Shown here: positions 61,131 through 64,000 of the stretch, piece after piece
Numbering within the stretch: the first letter of the stretch is position 1
How the letters are laid out: the number at the start of each line of letters is the position of its first letter
From: Diadema antillarum
Lineage: Eukaryota
Length of the DNA: 64,000 bases
Reading direction: 5' to 3'
Assembly: GCF_040938485.1 (NCBI RefSeq)
Contig: NW_027271997.1
Coordinates: 186,001 to 250,000 of the forward strand
The notes under the pieces: generated by a model
Database searches by the model: none
What the model saw: the letters and a program-made list of their open reading frames with translations, nothing else
Told to the model about the DNA's origin: nothing
Program-made: the position numbers and the translations under genes

Positions 61131-63089
61131 CTGTACAACGAGAGAAGAGGAAACAATGAAAATGGGATCATGCACCACTCTAACCTCAGAGTGCTCATTC
61201 CAAGAACCACATGCTCTTGTGTTGCATTAACCATTCACAATGCATGCTTGTCAGTGGTACAACATCCACATGTGGTTTGCAGTTTAATCTTAGCCCATGA
61301 CGTAAATGTAGGACCAACCTTGAACACTGTTTGAGTCAGTGAAGTTAATATCAATACTCCAACTTCATGCATTTACGGATAAATTGGAAGATCATGACAC
61401 GTGTCTGGCTGATTGAAAGTCAGAACCAAAAACCAAAGACTATTTCAGCAGTTAGTACTATGTTAGTCGGATGGCAAATAAAAATTTGGCAGTTTAAAAT
61501 TTGTGAGACAGCTGTCATTGATATCATGGTTTCCTTTTTTTTTAAAAATTGGTACACTGTATTACATCTAATGTGAATTGAAAATGATTTTACCACAAAC
61601 CTTTGAAAAGACAGAAAAAAAAATACTAGACTGTATATACATTGCCTTGTGAGCATGTAATGGCAAACATAACTAGTGGAATCAGTATCATAGCAAGGTA
61701 TTCATTCTGAAGTGTATCCAGTATCTACTTAATACAATCTCACAAAGTGACATCAAGTCCGACATAGCTGAATATCCAGATACTATGATCTAACATTATG
61801 AATAATTAGTACAATCAGCTACAAGAATGTGACTAGCATGACAAATTAAGTGGTTGTTTGACATCCAGCTGTATTCAGTGTGAAAACAAACACCTATATA
61901 ATATCCATAAACATCAATTCATTTGTAACATGATTGAATTCTAAAGGGGCATAATGGTGTAATCCAAGGCATCTGCTGACACTGTCAAAATCAAAACTGA
62001 AGACAAAGTTAGTAGTGTTAAGACTTGCAGGCATGTGGTGATTGTTGCAGTCTCCTGTTGATGTTAACAAAGTTGCAAAGTTAATTACATATGACAAGTT
62101 GTTGGTCTGCCTTCAAAGTAAAGGTAAAGAAGCAGCAAACTAACTCAAAGGTCACTGTCCATGCTTTAGAAGCACATCTCTGTGAAGCTGATTAGAATGC
62201 AGAGGAATCCAAGAAACAATGCCAGATGAATAGAGGTAGAATACAGGGGAGCATTAGTGACAGAGTCTTTTACCAGACAGGTAGACAGGGAGGATTGGTG
62301 TTAGAGTCTTTTACCAGACAGGTAGGGAGGGGGTGACAGGAAGGCTGGGGAGGGGAGGAACAATGCCAGATGAGGACATATTCAGGGGAGAGACATGCAG
62401 ACTGTAGGGAAGTAGAAAAGATGGGTAGACCAAAAACAATGCTAGAAATTAAGATGCAAACTATTTAAACCAATCAGAGAGAGGGAAAAACAAATGAAAG
62501 TGATCATGTCACAAGCAGCAATTTTGACAGGACTTGAAAGAAATTTTTATTATCTAACATCCATGCCATGCAGACAGGTAATGTACAAGTAAGTTTGATA
62601 ATCTACATTACTGTTATCAGTGACATAAATTTGTGATGAAAACCATATCTATCATCACAAGGTGTCTACACAAGGAATTGTACCATAGTGTCAATTTGTA
62701 TTGTGATGGAAGATTAGGGTGCAAGCAAACACAATTTTTTACGGTTTAATGAAAGATCTGCTGAAGGGAGAAATCTGAACTTTAAAATCTCTAATTCTTC
62801 TGTTATAACAGGGTCAGTGGTTGTGAAACCTAACACTAGCACAAATCATGAGAGCTATCACTAGCATATTGTCCAAGCTAGGGTTTGTCAAGGGGCTTGC
62901 TTATGATTAAAGCAGAAATATTATGTATTATGTAAGCAGTTACTATATCTACGGAAGAATTATTTCTCATAGCATTCAGAGCTCAGGGGAGGGAACAGAG
63001 AACTCTAGTCGGAATGCATTCATTGAAAAGAAACCAGAGTGCACTGCAAGATGCAAGAAGGGTGCAGAAGAAAGCAATGCTCTATTAAC

Positions 63090-63110
63090 CGCCCAAAGAT
63101 GATCTCCTTG
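63090..63110 (-). CDS. SPTAN1: Candidate 21-nt alternative microexon of alpha-spectrin (xKEIIFGR)
   Basis: CAG|C AAG GAG ATC ATC TTT GGG CG|GTTAAT. Phase 2/2 fits the next exon, there is a 180-nt AG-free zone upstream, and TGC sits at -12. Confidence 0.6.
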
Positions 63111-64000
63111 CTGTTGATGGCATTTTAGGGGGTTTGACAAGATTTATCCAGGAGAAAGATGTGACCGACAGGCCCAAGTGAAGGAGGAGGAACCCCGTCG
63201 TGGAGACGACAGATGTTGGAGGAACAGAGCAAGAGAACATTAGTGATGAGCACACCAAAAACCATATATTTACAGCATATTATATAGATAAGACTTTGAA
63301 TGAATATACTGTAGCCATTAATACCACACAATATGCATAGAGTTAAGTAATTGTACATTGGTGTCACTCTCGTGTAACTTGTGACTGAAGAAAGATGTCA
63401 CTTGGAACATATGCTGACACACTCAGCAGTTGGCATTCACTTCCTTTACATCAATATTTCCGTATTTAAAAACTACTCAGGGAGAAAAGTAATCATAATT
63501 ATGGTGCTTGTAAGTATCCAAGCAGAATATAGCAAGTTTCCAGAAAAAAAAAAGATGGCAGTCTAGAATCATCATTCAACCTAAAAAAAATGTGTCAATA
63601 TGTGACTATGATAAACATGTTTCTTGGTCACTTCATAGCATACTACATGCTGAAATATCAATTTACAAACAAAGGGAAAACATTCCTTGCAATCTTTATT
63701 TTGGGGATCCCCTCCCCTGTAGAACAATTAACATATTCCTACACTGTGTACTAACAAAGATAATTGTAACCCTTTAAATTTGTAAAATCCCTTTCACTCT
63801 ACAAACATGCAGATAATTCCCATTCCACAATACTGGAGTGCACTGGGTCTTTGGTATCTCTATTACATCTAGTAAAATACATATATACCGACCCATAAGG
63901 CAAATTTTTACCTAACCCCACATGTGTGATGCTCCCTGTGAATTCAATAAAGATTTTTCTTTTTTTTTAAAAAATCAGACGGAGAAAAAAAGTATGGTCC

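Noticed and set aside
63125-63367. 80-aa ORF on the - strand
   Set aside because: Better explained as the AG-depleted intronic zone upstream of the spectrin microexon; there is no protein similarity.

Overview
Repeat-rich animal genomic DNA, most likely an invertebrate deuterostome such as a sea urchin (inferred from the Nin/Deu-domain SINE, intron style and protein similarity; not proven). I reconstructed three spliced host genes by hand. (1) The first four coding exons of a PLP-dependent class-V aminotransferase / C-S lyase (Egt2/LCD/CefD-like) on the - strand, running off the left edge. (2) A complete 14-exon, 442-aa NSMF (NELF/Jacob) orthologue on the + strand, 21912-41682. (3) The 3' exons of non-erythroid alpha-spectrin on the - strand, entering from the right edge, with a candidate 21-nt microexon. 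Between the convergent NSMF and spectrin 3' ends lies a decayed Polinton/Maverick-like segment (about 42.4-49.7 kb). Its protein-primed DNA polymerase B gene appears to be spliced (two phase-0 GT-AG introns) and has a triplicated leader/exon-1 cassette. A Penelope GIY-YIG fragment follows it. The window also holds a near-intact L2/Crack-group LINE, a tRNA-head SINE, many MITEs, a decayed hammerhead-like motif and two assembly gaps. Family assignments rest on motif recognition from memory; no searches were run.
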